Assembly: GCA_039028615.1 (NCBI GenBank)
Contig: JBCCHT010000069.1
Coordinates: forward strand, 1-39,745
Source of the DNA: Myxococcota bacterium
GTDB lineage: Bacteria > Myxococcota_A > Polyangia > Nannocystales > Nannocystaceae
Reading direction: 5' to 3'
Length of the DNA: 39,745 nt
Part shown: positions 1 through 9,590 of the stretch, in pieces
Position numbering within the stretch: position 1 is the stretch's first letter
How the letters are laid out: every line of letters begins with the position of its first letter
Notes under the pieces: model-generated
Told to the model about the DNA's origin: nothing
The model's database searches: none
Seen by the model: only the letters and a program-made list of their open reading frames with translations
Made by a program: the position numbers and the translations under genes

Positions 1-1387
1 CGATGCGGATCTCGATCTCGCGATCGGCCACGAAGTGCCGCTTGGCCACCTCTTGAAGGTCGGCGGCCGTGACCGCGTCGATCTCCTTGAAGGAGTCGTT
101 GACCGACTCGATGTCCTTTTTGATGACCGCGGCGTCGCCCAAGAGCTGCGCCTTGGAGGCCACGGTGAGCTGCGAGGCGACCTTGTCGCGCAGCATGCCG
201 TTTTTGGCCTTGGTCAGCTCGGCGTCGGTCACCCCCTCGGCCGCGATCTTGGCGATGTGCTCGCGGATGGCGTCGAGGACCTCGTCGGGCTCGTCACCGA
301 AGGGCGACAGCACGGCCCCGGCCGCGAACACGCCATCTTGCTCGAGGGAGAAGCCCGCCGACATCGCCACCATGGCCAGCTCGCGCTTGGTCACCAGGTC
401 GCGGTACAGGCGGCTGCTCTCGCCCCCGCCCAGGATGCGGCCCAGCATGTCGAGCTCGACCTCGTCGTCGTGCCCGGTCGGCACGGTGCGGTAGCCCACC
501 GCCACGATGGGCACGGGGCCGTTGCGCTCCTTGATCTTGATCTTCAGGGGCGCGGTCTGGACGGGCTCTTTGACCTCGACCCGCGGCGGCTCGGGGTAGC
601 TGGGAATCCAGCCGAAGTACTGCTCGGCCTGCGCCACGATCTCGTCGTGCTTCACGTCGCCCACCACCACCAGGGCGGCGTTGTTGGGCACGTAGTAGGT
701 CTCCCAGAACTTCTGCAGCTCGTCGGCCGAGGCCTCGCCCAGCTGGTCCATGTCGCCGATCGGCGTCCAGCGGTACGGGTGCTTCTTGAAGATTTCCTTG
801 AGGATCTTGTCGGGCGCGGTGCCGTAGGGCTGCTCGCGACCCAGCCGATACTCCTCGGCGACGACGTTGCGCTCGGTGTCGAAGTAGCCGTCGTTGATCT
901 TCAAGAAGGCCATGCGCTCCGCCTCGAGCCACATGACCATCTCCACCTGGTTGGAGGGGACCTCTTGGATGTAGGTCGTGTTGTCGAACGAGGTGTACGC
1001 GTTCGTGTCGCCGCCGACCTTGCGGATGTACTCGAAGTGCGCCTTGGGCCCGATGTTCTGCGTGCCGCGGAACATCATGTGCTCGAACATGTGGGCGAAG
1101 CCGGTTCGGTCGGGGCGCTCGTCCTTGCTGCCCACGTGGTACCAGACCTGTACGGCGGCGATCGGCGTGGAGTGATCGCTCAGGGTAATGACCCGCATGC
1201 CGTTTTCGAGGGTGCTCTCCTCGTAGTTGAAGGGGCGCTCGGGCAGGAGGCTCGCGGTGTCCTCTCCCTTCGCCTCGGTCGAGGCGGTCCCGCCGTTTCC
1301 GTCGGGTGTTTCGGTGCCGCCGGTCTTGCAACCGAGCGGTCCGGTCGTTGCCAAAGCGAGGGCCAAAAACCACGGTCGGAACGTCAT
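1..1387 (-). CDS. M16 (pitrilysin/insulinase) family zinc peptidase, probable lipoprotein; 3' end runs off the window
   Basis: Not in the ORF track because there is no stop in the window. Translated by hand from ATG at 1387: MTFRPWFLALALATTGPLGC (lipobox-like LGC), TLENGMRV, VWYHVGSKDE, TGFAHMFEHMMFRGT (inverted HxxEH zinc motif), NAYTSFDNT, LEAERM. Confidence 0.92.
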   Translation of the reverse strand, partial: MTFRPWFLALALATTGPLGCKTGGTETPDGNGGTASTEAKGEDTASLLPERPFNYEESTLENGMRVITLSDHSTPIAAVQVWYHVGSKDERPDRTGFAHMFEHMMFRGTQNIGPKAHFEYIRKVGGDTNAYTSFDNTTYIQEVPSNQVEMVMWLEAERMAFLKINDGYFDTERNVVAEEYRLGREQPYGTAPDKILKEIFKKHPYRWTPIGDMDQLGEASADELQKFWETYYVPNNAALVVVGDVKHDEIVAQAEQYFGWIPSYPEPPRVEVKEPVQTAPLKIKIKERNGPVPIVAVGYRTVPTGHDDEVELDMLGRILGGGESSRLYRDLVTKRELAMVAMSAGFSLEQDGVFAAGAVLSPFGDEPDEVLDAIREHIAKIAAEGVTDAELTKAKNGMLRDKVASQLTVASKAQLLGDAAVIKKDIESVNDSFKEIDAVTAADLQEVAKRHFVADREIEIRI

Positions 1388-1645
1388 CGCGGCGGACTCT
1401 AACTAAACCGCGCCACCCAGGAACCAAGCTGTTGATTTCACGTGATTTTTACTGCCATCGATTGAAACTTTTCCCGAAATGCATTGTTGGTGAAACCTCA
1501 TATGGCCATTCAAAACGGAACGCACGGTACACATCGAACGCAGGCTCAATCGCCGCCGAACGCGGCGCCAGGGCCTTTTCCGCGGCCGGGTTCGGGCCTG
1601 GCCGTGCCCTGATTCAAAGGCGACCGAGATATCGTTCGGCCCGCC

Positions 1646-2449
1646 ATGGCCGACGTCGACTGGGAGCATGAAGTGAACACGTGGATCCTCCGAGCGGACT
1701 ACGACGCCATCGAGACCCGGGGTGACGTGGTGTCCACGATCCCGGCGCTCGTCGATGTGGTCATCGTCGACTATCGCAGCGCCACCCACGACGAGCAGCG
1801 CACGGCGGCGGTGCTGCTGCTCCCCGAGCGCTTCGACGAGGACTTCCACCCCGTCCTGCGCGACTACGCATCGCGGATCGTGCCGGAGGCTCATACCCCG
1901 AGCCATCGCGCATTGGTCAAGGCGCTGTGCATTCTCCAAGGCGACTGGTCTTCGCGCGCCCAGCTCTTCGACGACCTCGAGGGGTCGATCGCCAAGGGAC
2001 GCGAGTACGCCCCTGCCCCCTCCGCGAAGACCACGGCCATGGTCCCCGCGGTGGGCTTCGGCGACATCGAGTTCGGCATGGGCTCGGACGCACTCATCGC
2101 GATGCTGGGGACCCCCGACGTCAACGAACCGTACGGGAAAGAGCGCGACCTGGAGTTCGAGGCCAAGGGGATCGAGGCGTCGTTCAAGCACGACAAGCTG
2201 CGCACGCTCTTCGTCGAGCTCGACAAGCAGCAAGGCCCCATCACCGTCCAGCATCCCACCAAGCGAGACCTGACCGTGCAGGTGCCCATCAGCCAGGAGG
2301 ACCTGGAGGCGCGCTGGGGTGAACCCCGAAGCCGAGCGCGCACCACCACCATGGCGGGCCAACGAAGGGTGGTGTTCGGGTATGTCGGCGTGGCGTTCCA
2401 CTTCAGCGCCAAGACCGGCGACCTCATCTCGATCGCGATGAGCGTCTGA
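1646..2449 (+). CDS. hypothetical protein, 267 aa; C-terminal half has two GM/IS-x6-LG/WG-x-P repeats (BLIP/SmpA-like)
   Basis: Protein-like ORF with GC3-rich codons, 19 bp before agmatinase; segments PAVGFGDIEFGMGSDALIAMLGTPD and ISQEDLEARWGEP. Confidence 0.7.
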   Translation: MADVDWEHEVNTWILRADYDAIETRGDVVSTIPALVDVVIVDYRSATHDEQRTAAVLLLPERFDEDFHPVLRDYASRIVPEAHTPSHRALVKALCILQGDWSSRAQLFDDLEGSIAKGREYAPAPSAKTTAMVPAVGFGDIEFGMGSDALIAMLGTPDVNEPYGKERDLEFEAKGIEASFKHDKLRTLFVELDKQQGPITVQHPTKRDLTVQVPISQEDLEARWGEPRSRARTTTMAGQRRVVFGYVGVAFHFSAKTGDLISIAMSV

Positions 2450-2468
2450 TAGGGTTTTTGCTCGACCG

Positions 2469-3482
2469 ATGAACCTCGACGATTTCGATCCCGACGACCC
2501 CGGCGGAGACTCGCTGTTCGGTCTCCCGCACACCGCGGATGAGGCCGCCGTCATCGTGATCCCCGTGCCCTGGGACGCGACCACGTCGTACCGCCAGGGC
2601 ACCGCCAGCGCCCCTACGAACGTACTCGAGGCCTCCGGCCAGCTCGATCTCTTCGACCTGCAGACGGGCGAGGCCTGGCGCGAGGGCATCGTGATGGACC
2701 CCGTCGATCCGCAGGTGCAGGCGTGGAGCGAGCAAGCCAGCGCCGCGGTGGCCATCGCTCGGAACAGCGAGGGCAAGGCCCGCGACGCCGCGGCCGAGGA
2801 GGCCGACGCCTGCGCCGAAGCTCTGGCCACGTGGCTGCATGCGCGGGTGAAGGAGCTGCTCGCGGCGGGCAAGACTCCCGCCGTGCTGGGCGGCGACCAC
2901 TCCGTGCCGCTGGGGGCCATCACGGCGGCCGCGGCAGCCGTCCCCGGCCTGGGCATCCTGCACGTCGACGCCCACCTCGACCTGCGCGTCGCCTACGAGG
3001 GCTTCACTCAGTCCCACGCCTCCATCCTCTACAACGCCCTGCAGCGCGCCCCCGGGCTCGGCAACATCGCGCAGGTCGGCATCCGGGACATCGGCCGCCG
3101 CGAGTGGGCCACGGTCGAGCAGGAGCCGCGGCTGCACCTGTTCAGCGACCCGATGCTCACCGACGAGCTGTCGGCCGGCACCGCGTGGGACGCCCTCGTC
3201 GAGCGCATCCTCGCGCCGCTGCCCACCGACGTCTGGATCACGCTCGACATCGACGGGCTCGATCCTTCGCTCTGCCCCACGACCGGCACCCCCGTCCCCG
3301 GCGGCCTCAGCTGGGCGCAGATCACCACCCTGCTCGCCGCGCTCGCGCGCTCGGGTCGGCGCATCGTGGGCTTCGACCTGGTCGAGGTCGGCCCCGGGCC
3401 GTGGGATGCGATCGTCGGCGCCCGGCTGCTCTACAAGCTGGCCACCTGGGCCATCACCACCCGCTCCGCCCCGACGACCTGA
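2469..3482 (+). CDS. speB: agmatinase / ureohydrolase family protein
   Basis: PWDATTSYRQGT, GGDHS, HVDAHLD, VGIRD and TLDIDGLDPSLCPTTGTPVPGGL, plus FDLVE: Mn-binding ureohydrolase motifs. Confidence 0.9.
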   Translation: MNLDDFDPDDPGGDSLFGLPHTADEAAVIVIPVPWDATTSYRQGTASAPTNVLEASGQLDLFDLQTGEAWREGIVMDPVDPQVQAWSEQASAAVAIARNSEGKARDAAAEEADACAEALATWLHARVKELLAAGKTPAVLGGDHSVPLGAITAAAAAVPGLGILHVDAHLDLRVAYEGFTQSHASILYNALQRAPGLGNIAQVGIRDIGRREWATVEQEPRLHLFSDPMLTDELSAGTAWDALVERILAPLPTDVWITLDIDGLDPSLCPTTGTPVPGGLSWAQITTLLAALARSGRRIVGFDLVEVGPGPWDAIVGARLLYKLATWAITTRSAPTT

Positions 3483-3494
3483 GGAAGACCTTCC

Positions 3495-4475
3495 ATGACG
3501 CCGATTCGACAGTTCATGGATCACCACTTCCTGCACTTCAACAGCCGCGAGGTGGTCGCCGCCGCGCGAGCCTGGGGGGCGCACGTGGACGCGGGCGGCA
3601 AGATGTTCATCAGCCTGGCGGGCGCCATGAGCACGGCGCGAATCGGTCGCATCCTGGCGCGGATGATCCGGGCCGACATGGTGCACGGCATCAGCTGCAC
3701 GGGCGCCAACCTCGAGGAGGACATCTTCGGCCTGCTCAGCGCGCCCGACTACGAGGTCATCCCCGACTGGCGAGCGCTGCGGGCCGAAGACGAGGTCGCA
3801 CTGCTCGAGCGCGGCATGAACCGAGTCACCGACGTCTGCATCCCCGAGACGGTCATGCTCGACATGGACGACCGGCTCTGCGCCCGGTGGAAGGCGGCCT
3901 GCGAAGCGGGCGAGGCCAAGATGCCCTCGGAGTACCTGTGGGAGCTATTCGACGACGACCAGTTCCGTAGCCAGTTCGAGCTGCCGGCCGAAGAGAGCTG
4001 GGTCCTTGCCGCCCGCGACCACGGCGTGCCCATCTTCACTCCCGGCTGGGAGGACAGCAGCCTGGGCAATGCCTTCACCGCCTTCGTGATGAAGGGCGAG
4101 GTGCCGCGCCACGACTGCATCGTACCCGGCACCGAGGTCATGGCCCGGCTGATGCGCTGGTACCTGGAGCACTGCAACCGGGCCAAAGGCGGCCCCAGCG
4201 TGGGCTTTTTCCAGGTGGGCGGCGGCATCGCGGGCGACTTCGCGATCTGTGCCGTGCCCGCGCTCATCCAGGACATGAAGATGGAGGACGTGCCCTACTG
4301 GGGCTACTTCTGTCAGGTCTCCGACGCGGTCACCAGCTACGGCGGCTACTCGGGCGCGCCGCCCAACGAGAAAATCACCTGGGCCAAGCTCGGGGTCGAT
4401 ACGCCCAAGTTCATGATCCAGTCCGACGCCACGATCGTGGTGCCGCTCGTGTTCGGGTACGTACTGGGCGACTAG
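3495..4475 (+). CDS. deoxyhypusine synthase-like protein (bacterial polyamine/homospermidine synthase type)
   Basis: SLAGAMST, CTGANLEED, NRVTD, PGWEDSSLG, GGGIAGDF, GGYSGAPPNEKITWAK (retains the Lys equivalent to DHS SWGK), SDATIV; GAGGA upstream. Confidence 0.9.
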   Translation: MTPIRQFMDHHFLHFNSREVVAAARAWGAHVDAGGKMFISLAGAMSTARIGRILARMIRADMVHGISCTGANLEEDIFGLLSAPDYEVIPDWRALRAEDEVALLERGMNRVTDVCIPETVMLDMDDRLCARWKAACEAGEAKMPSEYLWELFDDDQFRSQFELPAEESWVLAARDHGVPIFTPGWEDSSLGNAFTAFVMKGEVPRHDCIVPGTEVMARLMRWYLEHCNRAKGGPSVGFFQVGGGIAGDFAICAVPALIQDMKMEDVPYWGYFCQVSDAVTSYGGYSGAPPNEKITWAKLGVDTPKFMIQSDATIVVPLVFGYVLGD

Positions 4476-4538
4476 GTCAGACGCGGAGCGGCCTCACATT
4501 CGAGATCGACGCGCCGTGGTAGTCCATGGAGGCGCACC

Positions 4539-4928
4539 TTGGCTTCCGTACCCGACCACGAACACCGAGTCCTCGACACCCTGCTGGCGATGGTGATCGC
4601 CGATGGCGACGTCGACCCCGACGAGCTGTCCACGGTTTCGAAGACCTACGCCGAGCTCACCGGGACCGAGGTCGAGATGGAGACCCTCGAGTGGCGCGCC
4701 CGCATGCGCATGGCCAAGTCCGACCCGCTGGCGCTGCCCTCGAACGTCGGCGAAGGCCTCGAAGCGGACGCCAAGCGCCGGATCTTCGTGGCCGCGCTGT
4801 CCATCGCCGAGGCGGACGGCTTCGTGCTCGAGGAGGAAGAGGAGCTGCTGACCCGGCTCCGCGGCGCGCTGGCGCTGCCCGAGCAGACCTATCGCGAGGT
4901 CGTCGAGGGACGCGCGGCATCGCACTGA
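4539..4928 (+). CDS. TerB-family (tellurite resistance-like) protein
   Basis: Two ADG-x5-E motifs (MVIADGDVDPDE and SIAEADGFVLEEE); GGAGG 6 nt before a TTG start. Confidence 0.75.
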   Translation: MASVPDHEHRVLDTLLAMVIADGDVDPDELSTVSKTYAELTGTEVEMETLEWRARMRMAKSDPLALPSNVGEGLEADAKRRIFVAALSIAEADGFVLEEEEELLTRLRGALALPEQTYREVVEGRAASH

Positions 4929-5047
4929 CCACCCGGGTCGGGGCGGGTTGGTGAGCCCCGATTCCCTTCCTACACCTCGGCAAGCTCGCGGCGAACCAAC
5001 CGCCGCGGCGGAGGACGCGACCGGTGGATTCGGCGTACAACGCCGGC

Positions 5048-6157
5048 ATGACCCCCCGGATCGTTCCCCTTCTGTCCGCCCTGCTGCTGACGGTCGCCTG
5101 CGACAACGCCAAGACCGAGGCGAAGAAGTCCGACGACGGCAAGAAGACCGCCAAGGCCGGCGCCGCCGACCAGGCCAAAGCCGACAAGGCCGACGCCAAG
5201 ACCGGTGACAAAGCCGAGGCCAAGGACGGCGACAAAGCCGAGGCCAAGGACGGCGACAAGACCGACGCCGAGAAGGCGAAGGCCGACGAGGAACGCAAGG
5301 CTCGCATGGCCAAGCGCTTCGCCGAGATCGACGAGTGGAAGGCCAAGGAGAAGACCCGCTGGACCGACGAGATCGAGTCCGGCGTCGCCACGCTCGTCGC
5401 CGCCGAGGCCTCGGCCGCCGACTCGCTGAAGGCCCTCATCGCCAGCCCGCACCGCCTTCCCGACAACGTCGAGCGCGACAAGTACCGTCATCCTGCCGAG
5501 ACCCTCGCGTTCTTCGGCATCGAGCCCTCGATGACCGTCATCGAGGTCGGCCCCGGCTGGGGCTGGTACACCGAGCTGCTGGCGCCCATGCTCGCCAACA
5601 AGGGCAAGCTGGTCGTCACCGCCTTCGATCCCGACGGACCCGAGGACAAGGGCCGCACCATCTACGGTCGCCGGTTCCAGGCCTTCAGCCAGCGCTCCGA
5701 GGCCGCCTACGGAAAGATCGATCTCATCGTGCAGGGCGAGGACAAGGACCTCGACCTCGGCGCCAAGGGTGAGGCCGACGTGGTCTTCATCGTTCGCGGC
5801 ATGCACGGCTGGGTGAACCGCGACGTCGTCGAGGCCAACCTCCGAGAGGTCAACGCCGCGCTCAAGCCGGGCGGCACCGTGGCCGTGGTCCAGCACCGCG
5901 CCAAGGAAGGGGCCGACGCCAAGGAGACCTCCAAGCAGGGCTACCTCCCGCAGGCCTACGTGGTCGAGCAGTTCGAGAAGGCGGGCTTCACCCTCGCCGA
6001 GGCCTCGGAGATCAACGCCAACCCCAAGGACACCACCGATCACCCCGAGGGCGTGTGGACCTTGCCCCCCACGCTGGCGCTGGGCGACACCGACAAAGAC
6101 AAGTACCTGGGGATCGGCGAGAGCGATCGCATGACCCTCCGCTTCCAGAAGAAATAG
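5048..6157 (+). CDS. class I SAM-dependent methyltransferase-like lipoprotein (COG4798 type)
   Basis: Signal peptide ending LTVAC; RDKYRHPAETLAFFG, VIEVGPGWGWYT (SAM motif I), ALKPGG, SEINANPKD, GVWTLPP, IGESDRMTLRF. Confidence 0.85.
   Translation: MTPRIVPLLSALLLTVACDNAKTEAKKSDDGKKTAKAGAADQAKADKADAKTGDKAEAKDGDKAEAKDGDKTDAEKAKADEERKARMAKRFAEIDEWKAKEKTRWTDEIESGVATLVAAEASAADSLKALIASPHRLPDNVERDKYRHPAETLAFFGIEPSMTVIEVGPGWGWYTELLAPMLANKGKLVVTAFDPDGPEDKGRTIYGRRFQAFSQRSEAAYGKIDLIVQGEDKDLDLGAKGEADVVFIVRGMHGWVNRDVVEANLREVNAALKPGGTVAVVQHRAKEGADAKETSKQGYLPQAYVVEQFEKAGFTLAEASEINANPKDTTDHPEGVWTLPPTLALGDTDKDKYLGIGESDRMTLRFQKK
5183..5260 (+). repeat. 24-bp coding tandem repeat (DKADAKTG / DKAEAKDG / DKAEAKDG)
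   Basis: gacaaagccgaggccaaggacggc occurs exactly twice (5207-5230, 5231-5254), with a diverged copy at 5183-5206. Confidence 0.8.
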
Positions 6158-6418
6158 GTCGAAAAAGGGGCCGAATCGCCCTTCGGAGCCCAGCGCCCAC
6201 CGCGCAACCCCGGAGGGCGGCCCGTGACACCGCCCCGTCACGAACCGGTGGAGGCGATCCACCACGGAGGCCGACGCCCCAGATGGCACGAGGACCCACC
6301 CTCGCGCCATCGAGGGGCCTCGGCCGCTTGTCCGAAAACCGAACACTCCCATCGCCCCCTTCGCATTGTCCCCGGGTTTGCGGACGTGAGGACGCGCGGG
6401 CTAGCATCGCTCAACACC

Positions 6419-8980
6419 GTGGTGCAGCAGTCGCAGGGACCCACGGCCAGCATTCCCGCTGGCGGTATCCATGGCACCAGCCATGAGGTCCTCGGTCGGC
6501 TCGCCGTCGGGGGCATGGCCGAGCTGTACCTCGCGCGGACGACCCTGTCGGATGGTCGTCATGAAATCGTGGTGCTCAAGCGGATCCTCCCGCACCTGTC
6601 CGAGGACCCCGAGTTCGTTCGCATGTTTCGCGACGAGGCTTTCCTCGCCGCGACCCTCGACCATCCCAACATCGTCCGCGTCCACGATATCGGCCAAGAC
6701 GGCGAGGACTACTTCTTCACGATGGAGTACGTCCACGGGGAGAACGTCCGTACCATCATCAAGGCGGCGCAGAAGCTCGAGGTCGAGTTCCCGCTGCCGT
6801 TGGTCGTGCAGATCGGCGTGGGTGTATGTCGGGGTCTCCACTACGCGCACGAGCAGAAGGAAGAGGACGGCTCTCCGCTCAACATCGTCCACCGCGACGT
6901 GTCGCCGACCAACATCATCGTTTCCTACGACGGTGAGCTGAAGATCGTCGACTTCGGGATCGCCAAGGCAGCCGCCGCCACCCACGTGACGCAGGCCGGC
7001 ATGCTCAAGGGCAAGGCCTCGTACATGTCGCCCGAGCAGTGCCGGGCCCAGCCGGTCGACAGGCGCAGCGACGTGTTCGCCATCGGCATCCTGCTGTACG
7101 AGATGAGCACGCTGACGCGGCTGTTCCGCGGCGAGAACGAGCTGGCCGTCCTCCACCAGATCCTGACCGGCGACATCGAGTCTCCATCGCAGCGACTCGG
7201 TCGAGCCTTCGATCCCGATCTCGAACGCATCATCATGCGGGCGCTGTCGCCCAAGCCCGAGGATCGCTTCCCCACCGCGGCCATCATGCAGCAGCAGCTC
7301 GAGGCCTACGCGGCGCAGCGCGGGCACCAGGCCTCCGAGGCCGAGCTGGGCGAATTCCTCCGCGACCTGTGCGGCGACAAGCCCTACCCCTGGGTCGACG
7401 ACGACGAGGTCGAGCCCGACGAGTTCGACGAGCTCGACGTGTCGGGCACGGGCATGCCGACCACGGCCGGCAACTTCGACGACGACGAAGAAGACACCAT
7501 GGTCAATCGACGGGCGCCCGACCCGAACCTGCGGACCATGGTCCCGGGTGGTCGCGCTCCGTGGCCAGGGGAAGAGGACACGACCGGCACGACCAATCGT
7601 CGCTTGGTTCCGGCGGGCTCCGGCTCGTCGCGGCCGGGTGCGTTGCGAGTCGGCGGCGGGCCTTCGGCGCCTCCCCTGCCCCGCCCCGATCCCAGCTTCC
7701 AGCCGCCGACCGGTACGCCGTCGTCGGCAACCGTGCCGGACACCGGCCACGCACGACGACCCACCGCGACTCCGGTCGACTCCACCGCCCGTCCCGCGCC
7801 CCGGGGTGCACCGCGGGGGCCCGTCGCCACGCCGAGCCCGCCCTATGCCCGGACGGGGGCGACCACGGCTCCAATCGACCCCGGTCGTCCCGCGCAGCCC
7901 AACCCCTTCAACCCGCGGAGCGGCCGTACGCTGGCCGGCGCGGGCGGAGGCCTCGCCGGCCCCCTGCCTCCTCGAAGCGGCCGCACGGTGACCGGCGAGA
8001 ACAAGGTCGGTGCGATGATCCCCGGTCGGTCGCCGCTGCCGAGCACCGTCAACACGGCGCGACCGCCCTCCCGCGGGGGCGCCCAGAACCCTCCGGCTCC
8101 GCCGGCCTCGCCCTCCGCTCCGAGCACGGTCAACACCGCGCTGCCGCCGAGCTTCGGCACCGACCGCACCATGGCGGCGGGTGCGGGCTCCGGTCCCGTC
8201 TCGCGACCCGCCATGCCGCGACCGAGCCCAGCGGGTGGCGGCGCCGACCGAACGGTGGCCGTGGGCGCGGGCTCGCGACCTCGACCCCCCGCGGGCAACG
8301 TGGCCCGACCCGCTCGCGGACCCAGTGCTCCGTCGAGCGCACCACACCGAGCCCCCACGCCCACCCCTCCGCGGCAGCCGGCGGACTCGGGCGACCAGAC
8401 GATGGCGCTGACGCCCGAGCAGGCGCGAGAGCTCGCTCGGCTCGGCAAGGCCGCCGCACCTCCGCCCACCGGTCCGTCTTCGTCGCCGTCTTCGATCGGT
8501 GGCTCGGCCCAGCCTCCGCCCGGCTGGTCGACGCCCAGCCGCGCTCCGAGCACGCCCTCCACTCCGCCCGCCTCCGCTCCGCCGCCCGCTGCTGCCAGCG
8601 ACGCCGACGAAGGCGGCCGCACGATGGCCATCTCGCCCGAGGACGCCAAGAAGCTGGCCGAGCTCGGACGCCGGGCTTCGCCGCCGAAGGGCCCCGTCGG
8701 GTGGAACAACGAGGACCCGCTCACCAGCACTCAGCCCACCCCGATCTCCGGGTCTCCCGCGGCCGAGATCTCGCTCACCTCCACCCAGCGGGCGCCGACC
8801 AGCATGCCGCCGTCGAGCGCGAGCGCGGGCGGTGACTTGCGACGGCCTCAGATGCGCTCGCCCGCCCCGCGGCCCGAGAACGCACCGCGATCGATGTGGC
8901 TGCCCATCGTCGTCATTGTCGTCTTGCTCGTCGTGGGCGCGGGCGCGTGGGTCGTGCTCAGCGGCAATTCGCCGTTTTAG
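6419..8980 (+). CDS. Hanks-type Ser/Thr protein kinase with long Pro-rich linker and C-terminal membrane anchor (start uncertain; ORF is open from 6224)
   Basis: GGMAELY, VVLKRI, HPNIV, MEYVHG, HRDVSPTN, DFGIAK, YMSPEQ, DVFAIG; C-terminal WLPIVVIVVLLVVGAGAWVVL. Confidence 0.92.
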   Translation: MVQQSQGPTASIPAGGIHGTSHEVLGRLAVGGMAELYLARTTLSDGRHEIVVLKRILPHLSEDPEFVRMFRDEAFLAATLDHPNIVRVHDIGQDGEDYFFTMEYVHGENVRTIIKAAQKLEVEFPLPLVVQIGVGVCRGLHYAHEQKEEDGSPLNIVHRDVSPTNIIVSYDGELKIVDFGIAKAAAATHVTQAGMLKGKASYMSPEQCRAQPVDRRSDVFAIGILLYEMSTLTRLFRGENELAVLHQILTGDIESPSQRLGRAFDPDLERIIMRALSPKPEDRFPTAAIMQQQLEAYAAQRGHQASEAELGEFLRDLCGDKPYPWVDDDEVEPDEFDELDVSGTGMPTTAGNFDDDEEDTMVNRRAPDPNLRTMVPGGRAPWPGEEDTTGTTNRRLVPAGSGSSRPGALRVGGGPSAPPLPRPDPSFQPPTGTPSSATVPDTGHARRPTATPVDSTARPAPRGAPRGPVATPSPPYARTGATTAPIDPGRPAQPNPFNPRSGRTLAGAGGGLAGPLPPRSGRTVTGENKVGAMIPGRSPLPSTVNTARPPSRGGAQNPPAPPASPSAPSTVNTALPPSFGTDRTMAAGAGSGPVSRPAMPRPSPAGGGADRTVAVGAGSRPRPPAGNVARPARGPSAPSSAPHRAPTPTPPRQPADSGDQTMALTPEQARELARLGKAAAPPPTGPSSSPSSIGGSAQPPPGWSTPSRAPSTPSTPPASAPPPAAASDADEGGRTMAISPEDAKKLAELGRRASPPKGPVGWNNEDPLTSTQPTPISGSPAAEISLTSTQRAPTSMPPSSASAGGDLRRPQMRSPAPRPENAPRSMWLPIVVIVVLLVVGAGAWVVLSGNSPF

Positions 8981-9078
8981 CGCCGTTGGGCGGCAACGCT
9001 CGATTGTCTCGCTGACGAGACGCGCCGTCACGAGCCGCCCGGTTGCCGCGCTCGTCCGCGGGCCGTAGCGTTTCGAGC

Positions 9079-9507
9079 ATGAGCGTGGACTTCGAGCACT
9101 CGGTGGAGATCGAGCGACCCGCCGCCGAGGTATTCGCCTACGTCGCCGACTTCGCCAACAACCCCAAGTGGCAGGCCGGCATGCGCTCGTGCGAGTGGAC
9201 CTCCGCCGAGCCGGGGGTCGTGGGGGCCACCTACGTGCAGCAGGCGAGCTTCCTCGGCCGTCGCATCGACACCCACTTCGAGGTCACCGAGCTCGAGCCC
9301 GGCCGCAGTATCTCCATCGCCAGCACCGTCAGCACCTTCCCCATCCAGGTCACCCGCACCGTGGAGCCGCTGTCGGAGGGGCGCTGCCGCGTCACCGCCC
9401 ACGTGCGCGGCCAACCCACCGGGCTGCTCAAGCTCCTCTCGGGCATGGTGAAAAAGAGCGTGCGCAAGGACTACGCCAAGCTCCGCCAGACCCTCGAGCA
9501 GAGCTAG
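9079..9507 (+). CDS. SRPBCC (START/polyketide cyclase-like) family protein
   Basis: SVEIERPAAEVFAYVADFANNPKW start, VTELEPGR, C-terminal helix DYAKLRQTLE. Confidence 0.85.
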   Translation: MSVDFEHSVEIERPAAEVFAYVADFANNPKWQAGMRSCEWTSAEPGVVGATYVQQASFLGRRIDTHFEVTELEPGRSISIASTVSTFPIQVTRTVEPLSEGRCRVTAHVRGQPTGLLKLLSGMVKKSVRKDYAKLRQTLEQS

Positions 9508-9590
9508 AGGCCGCCGGACACCGCCGACCCGCCGCCGTGGGAGCCAGTCGTCGCGCATCCCCGAGGCGCTCGGGTATGCTCACCGCCGCC

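Noticed and set aside
4539..4928. TerB as part of a tellurite/anti-phage ter island
   Set aside because: It is a solitary gene with no other ter or defence genes nearby.
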